Source of the DNA: Heteronotia binoei
Lineage: Eukaryota
DNA: 64,000 bases
Direction of reading: 5' to 3'
Assembly (NCBI RefSeq): GCF_032191835.1
Contig: NC_083243.1
Span: 170,562,001-170,626,000 of the forward strand
The position numbers were made by a program, and so were the translations under genes. The stretch's first letter is position 1. Each line of letters starts with the position of its first letter. Shown in pieces: positions 9,787 to 22,441 of the stretch. The notes under the pieces are model-generated. The model had not been told where the DNA came from. It did no database searches and saw only the letters and a list, made by a program, of their open reading frames with translations.

Positions 9787-9941
9787 TGATCCAAGCATTG
9801 ATAACATTGGTAAATGAGCCTGAGCCAGCCCATCCACTGCGTGTTGATTTGGCAGAGGAGTTCACCCAGGACTATGAGTGTTTCCTGTGCAATGCTGAAG
9901 ACCATACCTGCAAGCTCAGTGAGAAGTGGCCATATGAGTAA
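9787..9941 (+). CDS. UBE2L6: UBE2L6 last coding exon ([26 protein letters not shown]…KWPYE*)
   Basis: aacag acceptor, phase 1 consistent with the previous exon, stop TAA at 9939-9941. Confidence 0.9.
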
Positions 9942-11489
9942 TCCCCTGTCCAAAGCATTGCCTGCTCACTCTTCATGCTTGCTTTCCTAGTTAGCAGGAA
10001 CTAGCTGGGAGATTCTTTTGCATATGAACAATCTCACTGGTTTGATAAGGGGAGTGGGGCTTAAGCAGCCACTTTCACTAGTGCATATCATCAAGCTAAC
10101 ATACACAATGGCATCCTGGGGCTCTCTAGTACTTGACACCTGACTGTGATATTAACATTGCACTTTGAGGTATGTGAAACCTTATGCCTGAATATGGTGA
10201 AATGTAAGGTCATTTCTTCCTGCTGCCAAACTATTGCATTCTAGTGGTTTACCCATGGCTCTCCTGTCTCTTTCAAGATCTGGTTTTCAGTGATTTTTCT
10301 GAGATTGTGTCCCATTGATGCACTTGGTGGGGAAGTGGCCCATGAGGCAATTGGTGATGTAGTTAGTAATGCCCCACCATTGGCTGGTCGCACTGCCATT
10401 ATGAGTCTTTTGCAATGGTCACTTCCTCCGTTGTCTTCAACTGTCGATTTTGCACTCTTCCCCCCCCCCCCAATTTCTTGCATTTTTGTATAACATGCAT
10501 GTTTAAAATGGGTATTATAAAATAGAATGTTAATTCAGGGGGTTATAAAGGGGGATGAGACTGATGGCTGAAACATACAAAATAAGTGGATCTCCTACCT
10601 GCTTTACCTAGGACTACTTTACAAAGCAAGAACAGACATCTTTCAGCCTTTGCAAGGAGCTCTGGCTGAAAAAAAAAAGACATTCTGGGCTATGGTGGGC
10701 CTGAGTCATTGGCGTGTGTGTGTGGACACATCTTGCTTAGAAGTTTTGTTTCTGGGTTTACCTAACTTTCTCCTTTTGAAATTAAGCAGCTGAGTCAGGA
10801 CAGAAATTCTGAACAGAGGATCAAACTCTCCTTCAAGCAGGATGGACTTTTAGCAAAAAGTGGCCCTCCTCTCCTCATAACTGTCACTCCGGCAAATTCA
10901 GAAACCCAGGCAGTACCAAACCACGCACAAAGGCCTGCCTAAGTTTGCGACAAACTTGGGGGTAAAAAAAACAACCACCTGGTAACAAAAAGTTTTAATT
11001 TTTGTTGGTTTGATAAAATGTAAATGCATCTAAAATATTTGAAAAAATGAACAAGAGTTGAATGCGGTTGCTCTGGCTTCAAAGAGAAAATGAGTAACTG
11101 AAGGACAATTGCAACAATGGCTGGTTGAAGGCTGTCTGACTTTCTGGACCAGGCATCTTCAGTGTGGTGCCAGCCAACCGCTTTCCTGATGCCTTGCCAA
11201 GGGTTTAGAAAGGTGTGTGTGGGAGAGGGGGTGAGGTAGGGGTTTTGCCCAGCAAGGCTTTTGATTGGCCATTGAAGATTTAATTGAGTGTGCAGATTTT
11301 TAAAAAAATCTTTGCCAGCAGCTGCCACCACTGTATAAGGATCTTCCCTGTATGCATTAAGGTAAGCTGCAGCAGCCATTTTGTGACTGGCTCTGCCTCC
11401 TCAGTCACACCATAGATTTATACAGGGTATTATGATACTGGCTGATTTGTTTTCAGCCCCCTTCCTAATAATCACCAGCATAACATTTA

Positions 11490-12115
11490 CCCTTTTTATT
11501 GCAGTCGCACACTGAGTCAACATTTTTAGTGTGTTACCTATGACAACCAAGATCTCTCTTCTGGTCAGTTACTGCTAGTTCAGACCCCATCAATGTGTAT
11601 TTATAGACAATTTTTAGCTTCAATGTACATTACTTTGCATTTGCCCACATTGAACTTCATTTGCCATATTGACGCCCAGTTACCCAGCCTTGACAGATCC
11701 TCTGGAATGCCTCAGAGTCCTCCCTGGTTCTCGCCGCCCTGAACAACTTAGTGTCATCCACAAACCTAGCCACTTCATCGCTTACTCCCAACTGAATAAT
11801 TAATGAACAAGTTAAAAAGTATTGGGCCTAGAACCGAACCCTGCAGTACCCCACAGCGTACCACCTTCCACTGTGAAAACTGCTCATTTATACTCACACT
11901 CCATTTCCTGGTAAATTAACTAGTTTTGAATCCACAAGAGGACTTGTCCTCTTATCCCATGACTTCTGAGTTTACTTAGGAACCTTTGATGAGCAACTGT
12001 ATCAGAAGCTTTCTAGAAGTCTTGGTAAACAACAGCTACTGGGTCACCCTTGTCCACGTGTTTGTTCACTCCCTCAAAGAACTCTAAAAGGTTGGTGAGG
12101 CAAGATTAAGTTTAC
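11490..12115 (-). mobile_element. Degraded CR1 LINE reverse-transcriptase fragment
   Basis: Typical CR1 RT antisense motifs (cacattgaacttcatttgcca, gtgtcatccacaaac, gaacaagttaaa, gaaccctg..gtacccca); no open frame. Confidence 0.75.
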
Positions 12116-12568
12116 AACGTATGAAGCAACAATGAAGCCCCTCTTTCAGTACTCATGCACATATTTGGGCTTCATATGAAAGAGTTCTAGGGAGATAACT
12201 CCTGTGCAGACTGAAATACTCAACATTTAGAGATTCAGCAGCAGAACATGCTCTTCAGTAGCTTTTGGTTATAATGGAAACGACAGCTTTTCTGGGATTC
12301 CTATTATAGGAGTCTAAAGACATGCAAATTTATTGTAGTTCAAACTCTTGTAGGATAGAATCCACTTGGTTGGATGCATACAGTGAATCTTCTGTGTGTA
12401 TATGCACACATACAGGCACAGAAAGATACTGGGGAAAGGGGCCCACTTTTTCATTTCCCTTCTCTGTGTATGTATCTGTCTTCCTATAAAACTTGTTTGA
12501 TACTATGCAATTTGTGGCTCTCTAAAGTTCTTTTATAGAATTCTGTAGTTGCTGGAGATGGACTAGAT

Positions 12569-13896
12569 CAGGGGTAGCCAAACTTGCTTAATTTAAGAGC
12601 CACACAGAATAAACATTAAATGTTTGAGAGCTGCAAGATGTGAACAAATATTACACATATGTTTATATTAAAACTCTTAATAGTTCCTTTGCACAGAAAG
12701 ATAAAATACGTATGTATACACTGTACAACAAGACTTTACCTTTAAAGCGCTAGAAGGAAATACGTTTTTTAAAAAAGCTGGGAACAACAGTTCCCATAAG
12801 ACAAGTATAGGGAAAGGTTAGGGAATTTATTTTTTTTGTCGCCAGTGGGAGTAGGAAACACATATGTACCATATAAATCACTGACCACCATTTGCATCAT
12901 TATGCCTCTTTGCCTTGATACCAAGGTTAGTAAATACAGCTCTTACAAGAGCTCTGAAACTGAGGGGGAAGGAACCTGCACTGACTTCTTTAATTCTGTC
13001 CCTTCTTCCAGTGTTACAGCCTAATTGGGGGGGGAGGAAGGGAGAGGCATCTGAGAAAAGGTGCAAAGTGTTATCACGGGCGAACCAAGGGACCCCACAA
13101 CCCCACCACTGCTTCTGCAGCTGCCTGGAATCTGGCAGGATACTAGTTAACTTAGTTTTTAAGGCCCAACTCGAGAGGGGGATGCAGCAGCTCCCCTGCA
13201 TTCAGAAGATCTATCAGGACAATGATGCTCAGCTGGCCACAGCCCCTGGCTATCAAGTCTGCACTGGTCAGCCAGCTAAGGGAGAGAGGCAAACCTCTTC
13301 TATTAGTGCCATAGTTTGCTCAGGCTGCAGGGCTTGCCATTGGCCATCCCAGTGTAACTCACAACAAGGTGTGAGGGCAGCCATCACACTCCCCCCCCCC
13401 CAGTCTTGCCACCATTATTGCTCGCCAAGCTAAGAGCTTGCACTGGTGGTCACTCTCATATTCCTTCCCTCACTCCCTGCTCTTGATCTTGTTGACCTTC
13501 TTGGCGGGGTGGCTGCATTTGGGTTGTTCCACCCCTCCAGCTGGGAAGGGCAGGAATCCCAAGTGCATGTTCAGTTGGACTCAGCAGTGTGGCCGGTGGC
13601 TTCCCTCTCCTACGTGCTTGCTTTTCTCTTTTAGCTCTTGTGCTCTTTTCTCCAAGCGACATCTGTGGTGGAGGAGAAGAGCTTGCAAACCTGCCTATTG
13701 CCCCTTCCTTTCTCGCTTCACACATGGTGGAAGTAGCCCACCTACCTATGGATCAGCAATGCTCAGAGGCTGACTGAGGTCCCGCAGGCTTACTTGAGAG
13801 TAAGCCTGCATTAAGTTCCTCTCTGACTTCCAGGAGCCACACAATATGTGTGAAAGAGCTGCACGTGGCTCCCAAGGCGCAGTTTGGCCATCCCTG
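12569..13896. mobile_element. hAT-Charlie-type non-autonomous element (~1.33 kb)
   Basis: Termini caggggtagccaaac and gtttggccatccctg; perfect 8-bp TSD GACTAGAT at 12561-12568 and 13897-13904. Confidence 0.85.
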
Positions 13897-15080
13897 GACT
13901 AGATCAACACTTCCAGGCCCTTGCACTGAGACAGGCTATGATTATTACCCCTTTCCTGAAGTGTCATTAGAAAATGGTTCAGGTGAAGGAAGGAATTCCA
14001 CAACTCTTGTGGGCAGTTTGTCTCAATGCTGGATGGATTTTATAGCTAAATCACATTCTAGCATATTCTCACACAGCCCAGTCACAATAATTGTGCCTAG
14101 GTGTGTAGCTGTTGGGAGCCAAGGGCACTGAATGCAGCAGGACTTGCTTTCTGACCCAGCATGCATATACTAGTTTGCATATTTCCCTGCAGTCTTAAAC
14201 AATTGTTTTGCTTCTGAAGAATATTTCCAAGGATAATTATTCTAATTGTCATCCTGGTATTCTCACCACTGAGGAGAGAAGGGGACCTGTAGGCACCGAG
14301 CTGTTTGCTGTCACAAAATCAGAATAATTGCTTTGGTTCAGAATATTTCTGCTTTAATAGATACAAGTACTCAGGAAGAAGAAGCATCACTGCTTAGAGG
14401 AGGGGGGGGGAGGTTCCTGGAGAAGAGAATGTGCTCATTCTAAGTTGTATCTGCTTGGAACAGATGCTGCCAGTTTTGGTTTCATGGAGGTCAGATTGCT
14501 GAAGATGATTGCTTCTGTGGTATCAGCAGTCTCTTCCCTAAATATCTCAAAGGCATACTGATAAAGTGTCTGTGTTGTAGACTTTAGCACTAGAGGGGGA
14601 AAGCTACTACTATTCAGTGCTGTGTGCAGGAAATCACAGAATGAAGTCAGGGCTGTAGCCAGGACATATCCCATGCTATCTTCTCCCTGAGAAACAAACA
14701 GCAAATCCTGTTTTTTCAGCCTGAAATTTTTTTTAAAAGTATCCTGCATGTGAACTCTTTTTTTCGTTACAGTGTGCAAAGAAGCGGAGCAAGATACACC
14801 TAAGCACACTTCCGGTGGCAAGGCAAATTAGACAAGATGGTTCCCCCCCCCCTCAGATGTTGGAAACAGTTGTTTGGCAGTGATGGAAGTGAGCTTAACC
14901 CTTCACTGCTGTTTTCATCCCTTCAGTCACACCCCACCCAAACTTCTGTTACCCTGATAGTTGGTCAACTGGTTTGAGGACATCATTTCCAGGCTGTGAA
15001 CATCGTTCAACGAGTTTGAGGGCAGAGGTGCTATGGCCATTGTTGGGAATTCCTAAAAGTCTGATAAGGCTCCTGGACCT

Positions 15081-15179
15081 GGATGTGAGGGCGATCTGGC
15101 TGCGACATCTGTCACCCCATTGATCGCCAAGGTTGATTTGGCTGATCCATCCCAGATAGAAGGAGTGTACCGTTCTTCA
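15081..15179 (+). pseudogene. RN7SK: 7SK snRNA retrocopy, internally deleted
   Basis: 15081-15147 matches 7SK nt 1-67 (GGATGTGAGGGCGATCTGGCTGCGACATCTGTCACCCCATTGATCGCC…GGCTGATC) with 2 mismatches to the human sequence as I recall it; then a downstream 7SK-like piece; 12-bp TSD GCTCCTGGACCT at 15069-15080 and 15180-15191. Confidence 0.9.
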
Positions 15180-15469
15180 GCTCCTGGACCTTCTGTGTGA
15201 CAGCCCTCAGTTAAACCATTGCAGTTTTGGGCATTCTTCTTAAATGTTTTTCCACCACAGCTGTATGGAGACTAGAATTCTTCACTGAGGTAATTTACCA
15301 CTGAGTAGATGCTCTACCTCCATCCACTTAATATCTTCCACAGGATGGTGTCTTTAAAATGTTTGTGACATTCCCCCCTCAGTAATAAGATTCATAGAGC
15401 CCCCTTACCTGTCGTGAACTTTCCTTTGTAGTTACCAGTTGGCCTCAGATATAAGCCTACTGTCTCTTT

Positions 15470-15614
15470 TCACTGCTTCTTTGTCTTCACCAGGCCTTTC
15501 TGTACTAGGCTGCGATAAAGCTCCTGGATATAAGTGTAGATGCATTTGGCATCAGGGACACTCATGTGCACCATATCCTCCACATCCAAAAGCGGGGCAC
15601 AGTCTGCAAGCTTC
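15470..15614 (-). CDS. SMTNL1: SMTNL1 last coding exon (KLADCAPLLDVEDMVHMSVPDAKCIYTYIQELYRSLVQKGLVKTKKQ*)
   Basis: cccag acceptor, phase 2; C-terminal calponin-homology domain nearly identical to smoothelin-like 1. Confidence 0.95.
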
Positions 15615-16427
15615 CTGGGAGGAGGTTGTTGAAGAGAAGTCAGATTAGTTTTGATACTTTTTAAGGCCTCGTTGAATCTGCAAGTTAACTCTGGGATGTA
15701 GTTCTTCACACAAATAGGTCCAGGACAGAAAGAATGCAGTACCATTTAACCATAATAGATGATATGCAAAGGAAAAATAGCACTAACAGGAATATCTTGC
15801 TTTTTGAGACTCACTTGGTTCTCTCAGTATTTGTAAATTATAATCTTTCTCCTCTTCTGTACTTCAGGGGCCAAAGAGGTCATTTTCTGGAGTTATGAGG
15901 GAGAATCTACTGATACTTGGTCACTTACAGCTAATTTTGATTGTCCTGCTGCCATGCCTTTCCTCCTTTTACTAGTTACTGTCTCTTCCAGTATTGGTTC
16001 CTCTACTGGCTAGTCAGTGGCAATCTCATTTCCCATGAGCCTTTGAGCCCCCTCCTCTCAAAGCTAACCTAGCACCTGAAGGACAAAACCAAGAGTGGAT
16101 TACCACATTTGGCAGCACTGCAAAACACCAGGTTTTGACCTGTGTCTGAAATAGTATACACTAAGTGTGAAGAGGAGATATGTGAGTGTCCCCCATGCAC
16201 TTGGAGACACACAGCAGACATGAGCTGAGGAACAGTAGATGGTGTGGTTTCTTGGCATGTGCTCACTATATTTAAGGACTCACTTCACTCTTGCATATTT
16301 TATATGGTTACTACAGCAAGCACCAGTTTAGCCAGGGTGCGATGTGAAGTGTGGATCATCTTCCACCCAACCCAAACTGTCCTGACTGTTGTGCTGTCCC
16401 AGAGTCTTGGAATGTGTGGAGTGCTCA

Positions 16428-16634
<207 letters not shown>

Positions 16635-17097
16635 TTATACTTTGTGTCTCAGCTGCAATAGATTTTTCTTACTAAATCATCATTACTGTTGTACATCAAG
16701 ATTGCATCCCATCATTCCTCCAAGCAGTTTAGGGCACTGCATATGAACTTGCCTCTTTTTTAACAGCCTTGAGAGGTAGGCTGGGCTATAAAAAAAGATT
16801 GCCAGGCCACCCAGTGAGTAATCAAGGCTGAATGGGGTGCTGCTGAACATCCAACACCACACTCTAACACTATACTATGCCGGCTCTCCGAGAAGCACGC
16901 ATTTGTATTTTTCATTAGAAAATAAGGGGATTGCTGTAGGCCTACACAGATCTTTTGTTTTAACAAGATTGCATCACAAGTAGGCGGATGTAACAGTTCT
17001 AATTCTGCAGCATACAAAGTGGCATGTCTGCTTAGCAACAAGTATAAAGTTCAAGTAGACTACAGTATCTTTCAGTGTTAGTGCTAAACAGCATTTC

Positions 17098-17780
17098 CTT
17101 TTTTTTTTGTAAAACAATTTATTAAATTGCAATATATTGTTATGATATTCTTTTAAAAATATTATGAAATTAACACCAATACATTACATTTTTTTTCCCT
17201 CCTCCCCTCCCCCCTTTCATGACCCTCGCTGGTGTTTACTTAAATTGCTAAAGAAAAACAAGGTAATTGTGTCAGTCCTAGAATCTTCATATTAAAAACC
17301 TTATAACAAACAAAAAAGAAAAAGTAAGTAAAGGAAAAACCCAACTCTTTAAAATAGTTATAGCCCATCCTCATTCTTATCTTTTAACCCTTATCAAGAA
17401 AAAATACAAATAACATAATAAAAAAACCCCAAAGAAAAGTATCCCTTTGTGAAAGATTTCAGGTTTTCACGGCTGGTAACATCATTAGGGTTTGTAGAAT
17501 CTTTCGGGCTCAAGTGCCGTGTTCTACTGGAGAAAGTTTGGAAGAAAAACTTTCTCCAGTAGAACACGGCACTTGAGCCTGAAAGATTCTACAAACCATA
17601 ATATTCCTTTGTGATTTTAGTCCGTTAATCCACAGGATTTCAACTGTTGTCAAAAATCACTAAATGTCCCTTTACCTTCCAATACTTTCCCACATATTTT
17701 TGAAATTTCTCCCATTCCATTTTAAATTTCTTCAAGTCATAGTCTTTTAAGATTCTTGTAAGTTTGTCCATTTCACTCCA
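17098..17780 (-). mobile_element. 5'-truncated L1 insertion (ORF2 C-terminus, 3' UTR, poly(A))
   Basis: Poly(T) at ~17099-17109; ORF2-like peptide WSEMDKLT…WEKFQKY; 18-bp TSD AGTGCTAAACAGCATTTC at 17080-17097 and 17781-17798. Confidence 0.85.
17489..17597. repeat. 51-bp-arm hairpin resembling a Penelope-type terminal remnant, nested in the L1
   Basis: 17489-17539 and 17547-17597 are reverse complements with one mismatch. Family assignment is from recall only. Confidence 0.6.
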
Positions 17781-19149
17781 AGTGCTAAACAGCATTTCAA
17801 GCAATTTTTCCTTTACTTGCCAGTTGATGGAATGTTTGTAAGGCTTCGAAGCCCAGAACTGAATAATGAAAGATGTGTGCTTGTTCTGGAACAAAATTGG
17901 CACTGAACTCGAATTCTGTTCTGTCACTTCAAACCAACACGGATATCCCCTGAATCTATAAATGTTCCTATTAGCTCTATGATTTTAATTAGAAGAAAAC
18001 TAATGTGTTGATTTTTTTTTAAGTATGGATGGAAAGCCCATAATCAAACATGACATTTCTTTTCTCAGCTGACTTAATTTTTGTTTTGTGTGAGATCACA
18101 CCGCTTTGATATTGCCATGTGTATGTGATAACTATTTTGTGGAGTTACACAAATTAAGGGTGATAGACAAGCAGGCCATATCATTACAGCCAGAGGGACA
18201 TCCTGGTCACACTACTATAACTCAATATTCTCTAAACGAGGGGTAGGGGGAAGATGATTAGTAGCACTTATAGCTAGATTTGAGTCCAGTGGCTCCTTAG
18301 GACCAGCAAGGCTTTTTGGGGGGTGGGGTGGGGGTAATAAGGCTAAGAGTCAAAGCTCCCTTTTTCCGGTTCCAGCTGTTATACTGCAGACCAACATGGC
18401 AGCTGCCTCCTGAAACTACTAGCATTTATGTAGCACTTCCAACATGTTCAAAGCACTTCACATAAAAATATTTTTCTAAGATGGGAGGTTGTTAGGCAGA
18501 GAGCATTCAGCTTGGCAGGGGTGAGAACAGAACTCCTAGTTCACAGCTCCATGCACTAGTTCTCAGGAGGAAACATGATCAGATACAAGTGCATGAGATG
18601 TGGCAATTGATGAGAAGTAAAAGTGCTAATAAACAGTGCAGATCAAAACTACAGAGACTGTAACGAGAATGCCCTGTTGTTTTTCCATACTTCAGGGTAG
18701 CTAAGAAAACATGCCAAGAAGAGAAAACCCTGTTTTGATTGATACCCATGTAGTTCTCAGGAGATGCTGTACTGCTACATTTGCCGTCCAGGCTTTTGCC
18801 CTTGTTAACAACTCACTTGTGTCTGCTGCGTTATCCATACTGAGACTAGAAACATAGCAAAACCTGCTCATGGACAACAGCTGAGCCTAGAAATGTTGAT
18901 GCTCGTGGCATTATATAAGGCCAAGCCAAAGATTCTAGATCCAACCCAGACATGTGGCAGACAACATGGAAACATCAAGAGTTTGTAGTAGGTGAGGTTC
19001 ATGATCTTGAATTTTGTATGGCAGCTAAAACCAACCCAAGGCTATATACATTTCCTTGGAAATGAGTCCAGAGAAACTTACTCCCAAGAAAGTGTGTATA
19101 GAATTGTGGCATTATTATCTTATAGGAACTGCCAATACACACAAGCCTG

Positions 19150-19969
19150 AAGGGATGGGCATGAACGAGGAAAATGGTTTATTTTGTGGCTCAATCACAA
19201 ACTGAAGTGGTTTATGGCTTTGCAAACCCTGTTGCAAGGGACCTCAGTCTTTTTAAACAGGGTTTGCAAAAAGCCCAAAAAACAGCTGAGTGACAGGGAG
19301 CAGCATTCAACTGTTTCAGGCTGTCTTGTGCCGTCTCTTTAAAGTTTACAAGGACTTCAAAACAGCAAAATGTTGCGCAGCAGGGAGACACTTCCCTCTG
19401 CACAGCTGTTTTGAGCTGTCTTCTGCAGTCCCTTAAAACTTCAAAGCTGAAACAGCTGTGCAGTGCAGAGTACTGCTCAGCTGTTTTTGCGGCTCTTGCT
19501 GGGAACAGAAAGCGAGGTTTAAAGAGACTTCATTTAAACCCCCACTTTCTGTTCCCTGTGAAAACCACAAAAACAGCTGAGCGGTGCTTCCTGCTGCTTA
19601 GGCTGTTTCGGGGTGTCTTCTGCAGTCCCTTTAAACAGATTGCATAAGACAATGTGAAAAACAGCTGCATACCTCCCTCACCATGCAACTGTTATTCAGA
19701 CTGTCTCCTGCAATCCTTTTAAAGTTTAAAGCAACTGCAGGAAACAGGTAAGCAGCAGGGTGCGCTGCTCAGCCATTTTTGTAGTGTTTGTGGGAACAGA
19801 AATTAAGGTTTTAAAAGGATTTGGAGTCCCTTTAACCCCCCACTTTTTGCTCCATCCACGAACCACCATGAACCACTCTAAAAGTTCATGGAGAACTTCT
19901 GTTTGTGAGCCACAAACAGCATAATTTGTCACAAATTCTGCTTTGTGGTTTGGTTCATGGCCATCCCTA
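19150..19969. mobile_element. hAT (TAGGGATG-terminus) non-autonomous element with internal short repeats
   Basis: Termini (a)agggatgggcatgaac and gttcatggccatcccta; 8-bp TSD CAAGCCTG at 19142-19149 and 19970-19977. Confidence 0.8.
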
Positions 19970-20125
19970 CAAGCCTGCCTCCAGCTGTATTCCCAGTGTC
20001 ACTCCCTCAAATGGAAACAAATATGTCTACATTTACCACAGGAGATTAATGAGATCATGAGCTGAAGAGCACTTGGGAAAGGGATGTGTGCTGAGCTGTT
20101 ATCACAGTTTGTTTTGACTTTTTAC

Positions 20126-20228
20126 CTCATAGCCACGAGTCTTGGCCCTGCACCATTCCAGCAACATGTTCTTCACACTGTTTGCACCTCCCATCCTTCT
20201 GATATTGGGAGCAGGACCACTTGCTGCC
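20126..20228 (-). CDS. SMTNL1: SMTNL1 exon (AASGPAPNIRRMGGANSVKNMLLEWCRAKTRGYE)
   Basis: aaaag acceptor, gtaaaa donor, 103 bp, phase 2 to 0; VKNMLLEWC opens the CH domain. Confidence 0.93.
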
Positions 20229-22441
20229 CTTTTGGAAGGAAAATTGGGGGTTGTGGAGGGAAATGATGAGAAAGAGAAGGATATGGGAAGATCAAAAGAA
20301 AGGATGAGGTTGATAGCTAACAAAAATGAAAAAACCCAATGCGTATTTCTCTGAATATCACATGATCACAAATTCTGAATTACTGTACTTGATTCATTTA
20401 TCCTTCTATAATGGCCAGAAGTGTGAAAACAGTTCCGTTTAATTAGGATCTGTACCCATTTATCCTGATTCCGATCTGTTCACTAGACTTTACAAGAGAC
20501 TGTTGTTATCTTTAATACACATCAGCCTCAGTGTTCTCTCTAAACTGACTTAGTGTGAACTAGCTCACAGATTTTAAGCTTCCAGCTCACACATTTTTGT
20601 CTTAGCTCAGGAAGGATGAACCCAGATCACACTAATTTATGCAGTAACTCACAACTTTAATGCCAGTTGCTCACAAAGTAGAATTTTTGCTCACAAGACT
20701 TTGCAGCTTAGACGGAACATTGATCAGTCTATATATATACAAAGGCACCTTTTAACGCGGCAGTTAGACTGCATAACCCTCTAAAACTAACAATCTAAAA
20801 GGGATTCACATATGTCTGTGCAGAAATGTCTGATTTAATGAAACAAAACAATTTCTTGTTTTGCTAGTCATGTTAAGTCTGTTGCAGTCAAAGCAATAAT
20901 CCTGTGACATTTTACTGTGGCAACAGTTTTCATAGCCAGAGCTGAATTCTGTTATTGTTGTCACTAACACTCCATTTTGGTTGCTGGCTCTGAGAGCAGG
21001 TCTTCTGTGTATCACATGGAACCCAAAAAATAATTTTTGGTCCATTACCAAAACAAAGGTTGGAGGCCAACAGAAGAAAAGCAGCATCAGTCGTCACCTC
21101 ATACAGATCTAATCATGCTTATTGGTGGCAATGGTAGCCTCAGAAAGAAACAACCCTCTCTCTTTGTCTAGCCCCAGATCATTAACCAGGGCCTCTCAGT
21201 AATTATCCTACTGCACTGAAATTCTTTCTGACAGAACTAGATTCACATTAACATTCTTGGCTAAAAACTTTTCATTCATACCGATCAGCTAGAACCTCCT
21301 CCAAAATCCTAGTTTAATGAGATAATTAATACTGCCTCCAATATACCTTCCCTATCCTGAGAATTCCACTCTTTCTTTTATTTGGAAATGTTCCCAGGCT
21401 ACAAGAACTGCCTCTCTCACCTTTGAAAATCAGGGAACATATCAGCCTGGATTCCTCTCCCCTTTCCTCTCCCCTTGTGAGGGGGGCGGGGACTTCAAAC
21501 CCTATAACAGGCCAAAATCTATGCTGAAGTTTATGTTTTTGATGGTGTCACCCTCATGGGGTGGTACAAAACTTGCCTGTTGTTAGCTCACAACATACAA
21601 AGACACTGCTGGGTCCCAAGACAATGTTCAGCCTTGCTGCACTTTCCCTTTTGGAGTTATCTTTGAGATTATTGGCTGTCCAGATGTTTGTGACCCCTGA
21701 GTGAGGATATGGATCTCTACCTGGAGCCTGAATGGTTAGGTAGTGATAAGCCCTCTACTTCACCCTCTTGCCCTACTTCTTTTGGCCTCACGCCTTCTCC
21801 TTCTTAAGTGGTACATGTTGTTGCACTGTGCAAGTGTGTCTTTCTGTAATACAAATTTCTTGATATGGTCATCTTAGGATTTGGTACCGCTGCAAGCCAC
21901 ATTTTATCACAACTTCTTAAGTGTATTCCTCTGATTTCACCACACTCGTGTTCTTTGTCTTTTTAGTAACTTCCTTGTTCCTTTATCAAAGATCTCTTGA
22001 TCACTTCTTGTGTTGGTTTTTTCTCATTCTTTTAAAGTGGGTGTTAGAGGTTAGCTCAGTAGCTCTTTGCAGTGAGAGGTTTTCTTCTTTACACTCTGAC
22101 CATGCTAGTGTGAAGCTGGGGCCAAAGGGGAAAGGAAGTCCACTCCAATGGACACTTCTCTGTACATGTGTCTTCCTGACCACATACAGTAATAGCATTT
22201 GATGAAATGGGCTCTGGGTCATGAAAGCTTTTGCCTAATAAAATAATGAAGGTTATCATTCTGTGCGCCTTCTTTGGGACAAATCTCACTGAATTTATAT
22301 GTACATGGAATTCAGCTGTTAAGTCTGCCCCTAAAAATGCAAACAACTTAGTGATCATGAGTGGAAGAAGCATGTTTACACCACAAAGAAGGTGCAAAGC
22401 TCATGGAAGCAATAAATACCATGCTGTAGACACAAGCTCAC

